A stretch of DNA of 64,000 nt from Spirochaetia bacterium (GTDB lineage: Bacteria; Spirochaetota; Spirochaetia; SZUA-6; Bin103), in contig CBDATQ010000001.1 of NCBI GenBank assembly GCA_965199955.1, positions 128,001-192,000 of the forward strand. The letters run 5' to 3'. Every line of letters begins with the position of its first letter. The first letter of the stretch is position 1. Shown piece after piece: positions 9,967 through 19,261 of the stretch. The notes beneath the pieces were generated by a model. It saw nothing but the letters and a program-made list of their open reading frames with translations, was not told the origin of the DNA and made no database searches. A program made the position numbers and the translations under genes.

Positions 9967-11304
9967 TCAGCCGATGGTGATGACGAGCTGGCCGCCCTTG
10001 AAGATGCGGATCTCGCCCGAGGACTCCGAGACGGCGATGCCGAGGGCGTCGGTGGCGGCGGTGATCGCCGCCGCCGCCGCATGACGGGCGCCCAGTCCGG
10101 GGGTCTGCGCGGGTGAGGCCGGGGCGCTCAGGAACGCGCCGGCCGACTCCACCACGCCGTCCCGGCGAACGACGAAGGCGCCGTCCATCAGCGCGTACTC
10201 CTTGATCGTCTCGTCCAGCGCCGGGTCGAGCAGGTTGCGCTCGTCGTCCGGGTAGCCGCGGAACGGGTTCATCACGAGCTGGCTGGTGTGGCCGAGCACG
10301 CGCTCGTGGTCGCCGACCACGAACAGCGCGCCCACCGGCCGGCCTTCCCGTCCCTGGGTCGCGAGCTCGCGGCCGATCTGCAGCACCCGCTCCAGCACCC
10401 CGCGCCGCGCCATCGCGGCGAGCGGCTGCCGGCGGACCGACGCGAAGGTCTCGAACTCCACGCCGACGTCCGTGACCACCACCGTGTCGAGCACGCCGGT
10501 GTCAGGCAGGCCGAAGACGCTGACGACGCGGTCTGCGTGGTCGATCACGCCGCGGGACAACGCCAGCAGGATGGCGACCTCCACCTGGCTGGACCGCGAA
10601 GGCACCGAGAACGGAATCAGTACCTGGTCCGAGAATCCCGCCGGCAGCGACGCCTCCGAAGCCGGATGCGAGCTGGCCAGAACCCCCCGGCGCTCAATGC
10701 CGAAGCCGCCCGCGGCGCCGAACTCCCGCACCATCGGCCGGGAGACTTCGTCCACGTGCAGGATGACCGTGCTGGCCTCCACCTCAGCGGCCAGCGCCCC
10801 GGCGTGCACCAGCACCCGCGCCGAGATCCGGTCGGCGCCGGCGCGGCTCGGCGCCCCGTCCGGACCTATGAGCAGCCGGCACACCGACTCCGGGCGGTCG
10901 GCCTGCAGCATCCGCTCGACCAGGCCCTTGTCCCGTAGCGTGGCGGCGATGTCGGCCAGCAGCGCCACGTGCCCGTCGGGGTCCAGCGAATCGCCAAGGA
11001 TCAGGAAGATCAGCGCGACGCGGCCGTCTTCGCCGGCGTCGTAGCTCACGCCGTCGAAGGAGCGGCCGATCACCACCACCGTCCGCCCGAAGCCGGGGAT
11101 CTGCAGGTGCGGGAACGCGATGCGGTCGGAGATGCGCGAGCTGAGCGCAAGCTCGCGCTGCCACAGGCCGTCCATCACCGCCTCCACGTCCAGCGGACCG
11201 CCTGAGCGGGCGGCCGCATGCACCAGCTCGGCCAGCGCGGCACGCTTGTCGCGGCTGCGCAGGAACACCACCCGCTCGACCGCCACCAGCTCGCGCAATT
11301 TCAT
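9967..11304 (-). CDS. PTS EIIA(Fru/Ntr-type) domain fused to a DacZ-like diadenylate cyclase (DisA_N)
   Basis: N-terminal RE...IAFPH EIIA motif; C-terminal GREGRPVGALFVVGD, MDGAFVV, GLGARHAAAAAIT, VSESSG DAC motifs. Confidence 0.85.
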   Translation of the reverse strand: MKLRELVAVERVVFLRSRDKRAALAELVHAAARSGGPLDVEAVMDGLWQRELALSSRISDRIAFPHLQIPGFGRTVVVIGRSFDGVSYDAGEDGRVALIFLILGDSLDPDGHVALLADIAATLRDKGLVERMLQADRPESVCRLLIGPDGAPSRAGADRISARVLVHAGALAAEVEASTVILHVDEVSRPMVREFGAAGGFGIERRGVLASSHPASEASLPAGFSDQVLIPFSVPSRSSQVEVAILLALSRGVIDHADRVVSVFGLPDTGVLDTVVVTDVGVEFETFASVRRQPLAAMARRGVLERVLQIGRELATQGREGRPVGALFVVGDHERVLGHTSQLVMNPFRGYPDDERNLLDPALDETIKEYALMDGAFVVRRDGVVESAGAFLSAPASPAQTPGLGARHAAAAAITAATDALGIAVSESSGEIRIFKGGQLVITIG

Positions 11305-11378
11305 ACCGTGATTATGGCACTGCCGCGCGAGCGAGTGATCCCCTTGCGGGATCGTGCCGGGAACCGTAGCGTGCGCCG

Positions 11379-13067
11379 ATGCAGAACTATCGCGGCATGG
11401 CGCTCGATGCTGTCTCCGCCGCTCTCGGCGTGTTGGCGCCCGGCGCCGACGCCGGCGCGCTGAGCGTCGCCACGCCCCCCGACCCGTCGCTCGGCGATCT
11501 GTCCGTACCGTGTTTCCCGCTGGCCAGGGTGCTGCGGCGCGCTCCTGCGCAGATCGCCGCCGAGCTGGCCGCGGCCGTCGAGCTGCCGGCCGCCTTCCGG
11601 AGCGTGTCCGCCGACGGCGCGTACCTGAACTTCTTCGTCGATCCGGGCGACCTGCTCGCCGGCGCCGTCGGCGCCGTGCAGGCCGCCGGCGCGTCCTACG
11701 GGTCGAACGGCACCGGCATCGGCCGCACGGCGCTCCTGGAGCACACTTCGATCAATCCGAATGCCTCCCCGCACGTGGGGCGGGCGCGCAACGCGCTGAT
11801 CGGCGACGTGCTGGCCCGGCTGCTGCGCTTTGAGGGCTACGACCTGGAGGTGCGCTACTTCGTCAACGACGTCGGCAAGCAGATAGCGCTGCTGGTGCTG
11901 GCCGCCGGCGACCGCCAGGTGCCGTTCGCGGAGATCCTGGATCTCTACGTGCAGGCCAACGCCCGCCTGGAGCAGGACCCGGACCTGGAACGGCAGACGT
12001 TCGATCTGCTGCGCACGCTGGAGCAGGGCGACGCCGGCACGCGCCGCCGCTTCGACGCCATCGTCGACGTCTGCGTCGCCGGTCAGCGGGCCATCCTGGA
12101 GGCGCTGGACATCCGCCACGACCGCTTCGACAAGGAGTCGGAGTACCTCTGGAGCGGCCGCACCCGGGAGGTGATCGAGCGCCTTCGCCACACCGGCCGG
12201 CTGTCGACGGACGAGGAGGGCCGCTCCGTGCTCGACCTGGACGGCTACGACCTGCCGTCACGCAATCCGGTGGTGGTGCTGGAACGCTCCGACGGCACAT
12301 CCATGTACCAGCTCCGCGACATCGCCTACACCCTGGACAAGATCGACAGCGGCGCCGACCGCAACCTGATCGTGCTGGGCGAGGACCAGCGGCTGCACCA
12401 CCGGCAGCTCACCGCCGCAATCGACCTGCTGGGCGCGCAGGCGCCGGAGGTCGTGCACTACGCCTTCCTCAGCCTCGATGACGCCAGCATGTCGACGCGA
12501 TCCGGCAACGTGGTGCTCCTGGAGGAGTTCATGGCGGAAGCCGTCGAGCGCGCGGGCCGGGCGCTGACCGAGCGGGGCGTCGCCTTCGACCGCGAGCGCG
12601 CCGAGGCGGTCGCTCACGGCGCGGTCCGCTACAGCATCCTGCGCGTCGCCAACGAGAAGGTGGTACGCTTCGACTTCGAGGAGGCGCTCGCCTTCGAGGG
12701 CGACACCGGCCCGTACCTGCTGTACGGACACGCACGCATGTGCGCGTTGCTGCGCCGCCACGGGCAGCAGCTCCCGGAGAGCGCCGACTTCAACCTGCTG
12801 GCCGACGGCTCCGAGCTGGAGCTGGCCAAGGCGGTCGCCGGCTTCCCGGACGCGGTGTCCCGCACCCTGCGGGAGGCCAGCCCGCACGTGGTTGCCGACT
12901 ACCTGTACGGGCTGACCCGCGCCTTCACGGCGTTCTACCACGCCTGTCCGGTGCTGGACGCGCCACCTCCCCTGCGCGACGGCCGGTTGCTCCTGGTCGA
13001 CGCCGCGCGTCAGACCCTCCGCAACGGCATGCTCGTCCTCGGCATGCGGCCCCTGGAACGCATGTAG
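11379..13067 (+). CDS. argS: Arginyl-tRNA synthetase
   Basis: EHTSINPNASPHVGRARN (HIGH-like), MSTRSG, EGDTGPYLLY, C-terminal DALR ending LERM. Confidence 0.94.
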   Translation: MQNYRGMALDAVSAALGVLAPGADAGALSVATPPDPSLGDLSVPCFPLARVLRRAPAQIAAELAAAVELPAAFRSVSADGAYLNFFVDPGDLLAGAVGAVQAAGASYGSNGTGIGRTALLEHTSINPNASPHVGRARNALIGDVLARLLRFEGYDLEVRYFVNDVGKQIALLVLAAGDRQVPFAEILDLYVQANARLEQDPDLERQTFDLLRTLEQGDAGTRRRFDAIVDVCVAGQRAILEALDIRHDRFDKESEYLWSGRTREVIERLRHTGRLSTDEEGRSVLDLDGYDLPSRNPVVVLERSDGTSMYQLRDIAYTLDKIDSGADRNLIVLGEDQRLHHRQLTAAIDLLGAQAPEVVHYAFLSLDDASMSTRSGNVVLLEEFMAEAVERAGRALTERGVAFDRERAEAVAHGAVRYSILRVANEKVVRFDFEEALAFEGDTGPYLLYGHARMCALLRRHGQQLPESADFNLLADGSELELAKAVAGFPDAVSRTLREASPHVVADYLYGLTRAFTAFYHACPVLDAPPPLRDGRLLLVDAARQTLRNGMLVLGMRPLERM

Positions 13068-13109
13068 TTCAAGACTGCGGAGATCGCCCAGAAGAGGGTG
13101 TGACTGTCG

Positions 13110-13222
13110 AGAAGAAGCCTCATGGAGAGCTGCGCGCCTGTCGCCGGGCGATTCCGACGGTTCCGACTGTTCTTCCGTTATGACGGCAGGGCAAAGGTGA
13201 TCGTCTATGCATGGATGAACGG
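13110..13222 (+). pseudogene. Remnant of a YhaV-family (PrlF-YhaV) toxin
   Basis: RRFRLFFRYDGRAKVIVYAWMN resembles the YhaV core as I recall it; upstream RRAI lies in another frame; both ends missing. Confidence 0.65.
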
Positions 13223-13310
13223 CTTCAGGGCGGAGCCCGCAACCAGAGAGGTGACGGCGTCCGGCCGCGCGCCACTGCACCTCGAACAACAGGTCCGAGA
13301 GACGGAGGAC

Positions 13311-15194
13311 CTACGAGCTGTAGACGCCCAGAATGCGGTAGCTGGCGGTGAGATCGCGCAGCTCCGCCTCGGCGTTGCCGAGCGCGTCGGCGGCGGCGCC
13401 TAGGGCAACGTCGACGTAGAAGCGGTACTCCCAGGGGCGTCCGGGGATGGGGCGGGACTCCAGCTTGGTCATGTTGAGGTCGTGCTTGGCGAACACGGTC
13501 AGGCACTCCGAGAGCGCGCCGGGGCGGTCCGGGGTGGAGAACACCAGGGAGGCCTTGTCGGCCGGCGCCAGGGGTGGGTGGTCGGCCGCGGCGATGAGCA
13601 GGAACCGCGTGTAGTTCTGGGGGTTGTCCTCGATTCCCTGCTTGAGCACGCGCATCCGGTAGGTACGCGCCGCCTCCTCGCTGGCAATGGTGGCGTCGCT
13701 CATCTGTCCTTCGCGGGCCAGGTGGGCGACCGCTCCGGCGGTGTCGTAGAACGACACCGACTGCCAATCATGCTCGCTCAGATAGCGCTGGCACTGCGCC
13801 AGTCCCTGCGGGTGCGAATAGACGCGCCTGATGCCGTCGATGGTCGCGCCTGGCCGGCCGATCAGGTTGTGCACGATGCGGATGTTGCGCTCGGCGACGA
13901 TCGTCAGGTCCGGAAACTGCAGCAACAGCTCGAAGTTCTGGTGAATGGTGCCGGTCAGCGAGTTCTCGACCGGCAGGGCGCCGTAGCGGCAGGCGCCCGA
14001 CAGCACCGCCTCGAACACGTCCCGGAACTCCCGGCACGGCACGGGCTCGGCGCGTTCCAGGAAGCGGCGGATGGCGATCTCGCTGTTGGCGCCCATCTCC
14101 CCCTGGAAGGCGACCCTGGGCAGCTCGCCGTCGTCGCCCGCGGGACGCGGCGTCGCGGTCTTGGCCGCTCCCAGCGGCAACCGCGCCACCTCCATGCCCA
14201 GAACGGCGGCCAGTCCGTCGATGTCGCGCATCAGCTTCTCGAACTGTGCCGGGTGCAGCGACTGCGGCCCGTCGGACAGCGCACGCTCCGGATCGGGGTG
14301 CACCTCCACGAGCAGTCCCTGTGCGCCGGCAGCCAGCGAGGCCAGCCCCATGGGCGGCACCCTGGAGCGGTCGTCGGTGCCCAGGCTGGGATCGACGATG
14401 ATCGGCAGGTGCGACAGCGCCTGCACGGCCGGCACCGCCGACAGGTCCAGCGTGCTGCGGGTGGCGGTCTCGAAGGTGCGGATGCCGCGCTCGCACAGGA
14501 TCACGTCCTCGGCGCCGTTGGCCAGCAGGTACTCGGCCGACATGAGCAGGTCGCGGACCCTGGCGCCCATGCCGCGCTTGAGCACTACCGGCTTGCCGAG
14601 GGCGCCCACCCGCCGCAGCAGGTCGAAGTTCTGCATGTTGCGGGCGCCGATCTGAAGCACGTCGACCAACTCGGCCATCTCCGCCAGGTGGTCGTGCGAC
14701 GACGCCTCCGACACCACCGGCATCCCGTGGCGGTCGCCCGCCTCGCGCAGGAAGCGCAGGCCCTCCAGCCCCAGACCCTGGAAGGAGTACGGCGAGGTGC
14801 GCGGCTTGATCGCTGCGCCGCGCAGCAGCACCGCACCGGACTCGGCCACCAGCGCGGCGCACTCCATGATCTGGTCGCGGCTCTCCACCACCGACGGGCC
14901 GGCGATCACGGCGATGCGCTGGCCGCCGATGCGGATGGGGCCCACCGATACCACCGTGTCGGCGCGCTGCACCTCTCGGGAAGCCAGCTTGTACGGCTTG
15001 GAGATCGGCAGCACCTTCTCGACCCCTTCGATCGCCTCGTACGCATGGGGATCGGTCACTCGCGGACCGACCGCGGCCAGCACGGTGCGCTCGCCGTCCT
15101 CGATCTGCCGCACCGTGAACCCCTGCTCCTGAAGCTCGCGGCGGACTGCCTGCCGGCGGGACTCGGAGATGCCGCGCGCCATAACGACTACCAT
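13311..15194 (-). CDS. Fusion of type I-beta DAHP synthase (N-terminal regulatory domain) with prephenate dehydratase-ACT
   Basis: PYKLASRE, KPRTSPYSFQG, QIGARNMQNF, LCERGIRTF; then VAFQG, LPVENS, SHPQGLAQC, NYTRF, LTVF...IESRP-like LESRP. Confidence 0.9.
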   Translation of the reverse strand: MVVVMARGISESRRQAVRRELQEQGFTVRQIEDGERTVLAAVGPRVTDPHAYEAIEGVEKVLPISKPYKLASREVQRADTVVSVGPIRIGGQRIAVIAGPSVVESRDQIMECAALVAESGAVLLRGAAIKPRTSPYSFQGLGLEGLRFLREAGDRHGMPVVSEASSHDHLAEMAELVDVLQIGARNMQNFDLLRRVGALGKPVVLKRGMGARVRDLLMSAEYLLANGAEDVILCERGIRTFETATRSTLDLSAVPAVQALSHLPIIVDPSLGTDDRSRVPPMGLASLAAGAQGLLVEVHPDPERALSDGPQSLHPAQFEKLMRDIDGLAAVLGMEVARLPLGAAKTATPRPAGDDGELPRVAFQGEMGANSEIAIRRFLERAEPVPCREFRDVFEAVLSGACRYGALPVENSLTGTIHQNFELLLQFPDLTIVAERNIRIVHNLIGRPGATIDGIRRVYSHPQGLAQCQRYLSEHDWQSVSFYDTAGAVAHLAREGQMSDATIASEEAARTYRMRVLKQGIEDNPQNYTRFLLIAAADHPPLAPADKASLVFSTPDRPGALSECLTVFAKHDLNMTKLESRPIPGRPWEYRFYVDVALGAAADALGNAEAELRDLTASYRILGVYSS

Positions 15195-15291
15195 GAAGCG
15201 GCGATTATCCACGACGGCGCGCGTGTTCCGCCAGTAGCCGGGTGCCGGCCCCCGCGCTGGCGCCCCGAACCCGAGAACCCTATACTGGAGC

Positions 15292-15840
15292 ATGCGCAAA
15301 CTGCTGGTGCAGTACGTCAAGGACCTGACGGCCGGCCGTCTGGCCTCGGGATTCGAGCATTCGGCGCGCGTCTACCACCTGGCGCGAGAGATCGGCGAGG
15401 GCATGGACTACGACGACGACGTCCTGCACGCCGCCTGCTTCCTGCACAACATCGAGACGCCGGCGCGTGGAGCCGGCGCTGCCACCGACCGGGCGCGGGT
15501 GCTGCTGAGCGAAGTCGGCTTCGACGTGAGCAAGGTCAATGCCGTGTGCCACGCGATCGCCGAGCACGCACCCGGCTCGCAGCCTGATGGACTGGAGGCG
15601 AAGCTGCTCTACGACGCAAACCTGCTGGATACCGTCGGCGCGGTAGGGTTCGCCCGCCTGTCGATCGGGGCGTTCTTCTGGCACCATCTGAAGACCATGG
15701 AAGAGGTCCTGGAGTTTCTGCGCGAGCGCCTTGCGTACTCGGAGCGGTTCTGCTTCGAGGTGTCGGCGCAGATGGCGCAGGAGAAGCTTGCCTTCATGCG
15801 CCACGCCGTCGACCAGTTCGAGGCCGAGCTGGCGCTCTGA
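15292..15840 (+). CDS. HD-superfamily protein (HD changed to HN)
   Basis: EHSARV...ACFLHNI...IAEH...YDANLLDTVGAVG. Confidence 0.72.
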   Translation: MRKLLVQYVKDLTAGRLASGFEHSARVYHLAREIGEGMDYDDDVLHAACFLHNIETPARGAGAATDRARVLLSEVGFDVSKVNAVCHAIAEHAPGSQPDGLEAKLLYDANLLDTVGAVGFARLSIGAFFWHHLKTMEEVLEFLRERLAYSERFCFEVSAQMAQEKLAFMRHAVDQFEAELAL

Positions 15841-15876
15841 CGCCGATCCCGAATCACAGGCAGGGCAATACCCATC

Positions 15877-17442
15877 ATGCAACCACCGAGTTCGAGAGCG
15901 CCGGCCGATTTGCACCCATTGGAGGCGGCAGCGCTCCGCGAGGTGCAGCCGGGTGAGGACTACACGCCGGAAGCGCTGGCCGCGGCGGCCGGCCTGGTCC
16001 TGGGTCAGGTCAATCAGGTCATCTCCTGGCTCACCGGCAAGGGCTGGCTGGCCGAGACCAGCCGCGTCAGCGAGGTCGAGCACGATCTGACCGAGCTGGG
16101 CCGCTCGTATCAGCGCGACGGCACCCCGGAGGAGCGGATCCTCCGGCAGCTCGAAGGAGGTCCTCTGTCGCTGCCGGACCTTGCCGAGCGCACCGCGCTG
16201 GAGCAGCGCGAGGTGGGTTCGGCGTTCGGGACCCTCGCGCGCGCCCGCGCCGTGCGGATGGACGATCAGAAGCGCGCCATGGCGATCGGCGCCTCGCCGG
16301 CGGCGCTGACGACCGCCCGCCGCCTGCTTGACGCCGCCGTGGCCGGGCCGTTGCGGGAGTCGGCGCTTGCGGACGGCGACCGGGAGGTGCTGGCGACTCT
16401 CAGCCGGCGGCGCGGGGCGCGCGGGCCCTTCCGGGCGAGCGACCGGGAGACGGTCTTCTACCGCCTGACCGGGCAGGGAGCTCAGGTCGCGGCGGCGCTC
16501 GCCGCCGGTCCTGCGGGCGCGGCCGAGGCGATCGGCGTGCTGACCCCCGAGATCCTGGCGTCCGGCGCTTGGCGGGAGCGGGGCCTGCGCCTCTACAACG
16601 TCGAGACCCCGCCGAACCGGGTGCTGTTCGGCCGCCACAACCCGTACGCGACCTTCCTGGACGATCTCAAGGACAAGCTGGTTTCGCTCGGTTTCCAGGA
16701 GTTCGACGGGCCTCTGGTGGAGACCGAGTTCTGGAACTGCGACGCGCTCTTCATGCCGCAGTCCCACTCGGCGCGCGACGTCCACGACGTGTTCTACGTC
16801 AGGGAGCCGACCCACACCGCCTCGATCCCGGAGCGGTTCCTGGACCCGGTGGCCGATGCCCACGAGCGCGGCGGAAGGACCGGCAGCCGCGGCTGGGGCT
16901 ACCGCTTCGACCGCGACTTCACGCGCCGGCTGATCCTGCGCAGCCAGGGGACGGTGCTGTCGGCCAAGGCGCTCACCGGGGCCGAGGTTCCGGGCAAGTA
17001 CTTCGGAGTGGTGCGCTGTTTCCGGTACGACGACGTGGACGCCACCCACCTGGCCGACTTCTACCAGACCGAGGGGATCGTCCTGAGCGAGCGGGCCAAC
17101 CTGCGCTCGCTGCTGGGCCTGCTGGAGCTGTTCGCCAGGGAGGTGGCCAAGGCGACGGAGGTTCGCTTCGAGCCCGGCTACTTTCCGTTCACGGAGCCGT
17201 CGGTGGAGCTGTGGGTCAAGCACCCGCAGCTCGGCTGGTTCGAGCTGGGCGGAGCGGGCATCTTCCGCCCCGAGGTGTGCGATCCGATGGGGGTGGACGT
17301 ACCGGTGCTGGCGTGGGGGCTTGGCATCGACCGCATGGCGCTGCTGTCGCTGGGGCTGGACACGGTGCGAGAGCTGTTCTCGGAGGATATCGAGCGCGTG
17401 CGCACGCGCGCCGCGGCGGCCGCCGCCGGCGGGAGGGCGTAG
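15877..17442 (+). CDS. pheS: Phenylalanyl-tRNA synthetase alpha subunit, long archaeal/spirochete type
   Basis: About 520 aa with N-terminal DNA-binding-like domains; FWNCDALFMPQSH, DATHLADFYQ, YFPFTEPS, AWGLGIDR. Confidence 0.94.
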   Translation: MQPPSSRAPADLHPLEAAALREVQPGEDYTPEALAAAAGLVLGQVNQVISWLTGKGWLAETSRVSEVEHDLTELGRSYQRDGTPEERILRQLEGGPLSLPDLAERTALEQREVGSAFGTLARARAVRMDDQKRAMAIGASPAALTTARRLLDAAVAGPLRESALADGDREVLATLSRRRGARGPFRASDRETVFYRLTGQGAQVAAALAAGPAGAAEAIGVLTPEILASGAWRERGLRLYNVETPPNRVLFGRHNPYATFLDDLKDKLVSLGFQEFDGPLVETEFWNCDALFMPQSHSARDVHDVFYVREPTHTASIPERFLDPVADAHERGGRTGSRGWGYRFDRDFTRRLILRSQGTVLSAKALTGAEVPGKYFGVVRCFRYDDVDATHLADFYQTEGIVLSERANLRSLLGLLELFAREVAKATEVRFEPGYFPFTEPSVELWVKHPQLGWFELGGAGIFRPEVCDPMGVDVPVLAWGLGIDRMALLSLGLDTVRELFSEDIERVRTRAAAAAAGGRA

Positions 17443-17444
17443 GC

Positions 17445-19187
17445 ATGCCCAAGATCGACGTGGCCGACGGCCTGCTGGAGCGGTTCCTGGGCCGGCCGAT
17501 CGACGACGGGGAGCTTGAGCCGTTGCTGTCCTGCGCCAAGGCGGTGCTGGACGAGCGCGACCTGGATGCCGGCATCCGCCGCATCGAGCTCAACGACACC
17601 AACCGGCCCGACCTGTGGTCCACCGCCGGCCTGGCACGGCAACTGCGCGCTCGGCTGGGCGAGCCTCTTCCGTCCTACGACTGCTTTTCCAGGCCGGGGA
17701 CTCCCCTCCCCTCGCAGGAACGCGTCATCGAGGTCGACGCGGGGCTGAAGTCGCTACGGCCCTACATCGTCGGCTTCCAGGCGAGCGGGCCCGCGGTTGG
17801 CGAGGCCCTGCTGGTCGACCTGATCCAGACGCAGGAGAAGCTGTGCTGGAGCTTCGGCCGCAAGCGGCGGTCGATCGCCATGGGCGTTTACCGGGCCGGC
17901 CGCATGCGCTACCCGATCCGCTACATCGCCGCCGATCCGGATACCACCTCGTTCGCGCCCCTGCCTGCCGACGAGCAGCCGCCGCAGGAGATGAGCCTGC
18001 GCCAGGTGCTCGACGGCCATCCCAAGGGGGTGGAATTTGGCCCGATCATCGCCGGGTACGACCGCTATCCCTTTCTGGTGGATGCCGCAGGCGATGCGCT
18101 GAGCATGCCGCCGGTCATCAACAGCGCCGGGCTGGGGGCGGTCAAGCCGGACGACGACGACCTGTTCGTTGAGGTGACCGGCACCGATCTCAGCCACCTG
18201 TTGCTGGCCACCGCGGTCGTCGCCTGCGACCTGGCTGATGCCGGCTTCCGCATCCATCCGGTCACCACCAGGTACCCGTACGACACGCCGTTCGGCCGGG
18301 AGGTGACCGCGCCACTGACGTTCCAGGAGCCGGTCCGCGTCGAGCTGTCCTACGTGGGGCGGCTGCTTGGCGAGCCGATGACGGCCGGTGACGCGCTGGA
18401 CTCCCTGCGGCGCGCCGGCGTCGAGGCGGAGGTGTCCGGCGACATCCTGACGGTGCGTCCGCCGCCGTTCCGAAACGACTTCCTGCATGCCGTGGACGTG
18501 ATCGAGGAGGTGGTGATCGGCCGCGGGCTCGAGACGTTTCGCCCCACGCTGCCAGAGGACTTCACGGCCGGCCGGCTGACCGACGTCGAGCGGTTCAGCC
18601 GGCGCGCGCGGGCGCTGATGGTGGGACTGGGGTACGAGGAACTGATGGTCAGTTACCTCGGCTCGGAGCGCGACCACGTCGAGCGGATGCGGGCGGCCGG
18701 CGACGTGGAGCTGGACGGACAGGTGCTGCGCATCGCCAATCCGATCTCGGAGAGCTACGCGGTGGTCCGCGCCTCCAGCCTGCCCAGCCTGCTGCGCTGC
18801 GAGGCGGCCAGCGCACACGCCGTCTACCCGCACCGCCTGTTCGAGGTGGGCAAAGTCGCCCGCCGCGACGCCAGGGACGACTCCGGCACGGTGACGCGCA
18901 CCCATCTGGGCTTCCTGATCGCAGACGGTGCGGCCGGCTTCAACGACGTCAACGAGCACCTGGCTGGGTTGCTCTATTACCTGCGCATCCCCTACCGGCT
19001 GCGCGCGTGCGCCGATCGCAGGTTCACGCCGGGCCGCGCCGCGGAGGTGCTGGTCGGCGCCGACGATACGCGTGCCGGTGTGATCGGCGAGGTGCACCCG
19101 GAGACGCTGGCGGCGTGGGCGATCCAGATGCCGTGCGCCGCCTGCGAGCTGGAGCTGGAGACGCTGGAGGCGGCCACCTCGTCATAG
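17445..19187 (+). CDS. pheT: Phenylalanyl-tRNA synthetase beta subunit, short archaeal/spirochete type
   Basis: MPKIDV, DTNRPDLWS, SMPPVINS, RNDFLHAVDVIEE, GEVHP; about 580 aa. Confidence 0.93.
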   Translation: MPKIDVADGLLERFLGRPIDDGELEPLLSCAKAVLDERDLDAGIRRIELNDTNRPDLWSTAGLARQLRARLGEPLPSYDCFSRPGTPLPSQERVIEVDAGLKSLRPYIVGFQASGPAVGEALLVDLIQTQEKLCWSFGRKRRSIAMGVYRAGRMRYPIRYIAADPDTTSFAPLPADEQPPQEMSLRQVLDGHPKGVEFGPIIAGYDRYPFLVDAAGDALSMPPVINSAGLGAVKPDDDDLFVEVTGTDLSHLLLATAVVACDLADAGFRIHPVTTRYPYDTPFGREVTAPLTFQEPVRVELSYVGRLLGEPMTAGDALDSLRRAGVEAEVSGDILTVRPPPFRNDFLHAVDVIEEVVIGRGLETFRPTLPEDFTAGRLTDVERFSRRARALMVGLGYEELMVSYLGSERDHVERMRAAGDVELDGQVLRIANPISESYAVVRASSLPSLLRCEAASAHAVYPHRLFEVGKVARRDARDDSGTVTRTHLGFLIADGAAGFNDVNEHLAGLLYYLRIPYRLRACADRRFTPGRAAEVLVGADDTRAGVIGEVHPETLAAWAIQMPCAACELELETLEAATSS

Positions 19188-19261
19188 GCCTCCTTCGTCG
19201 CCCCAACCGTCGCCGGTGGCTCCGGGGTGGCTCCGGGTTTTGGCCCATCCCCGCCTGTTCG

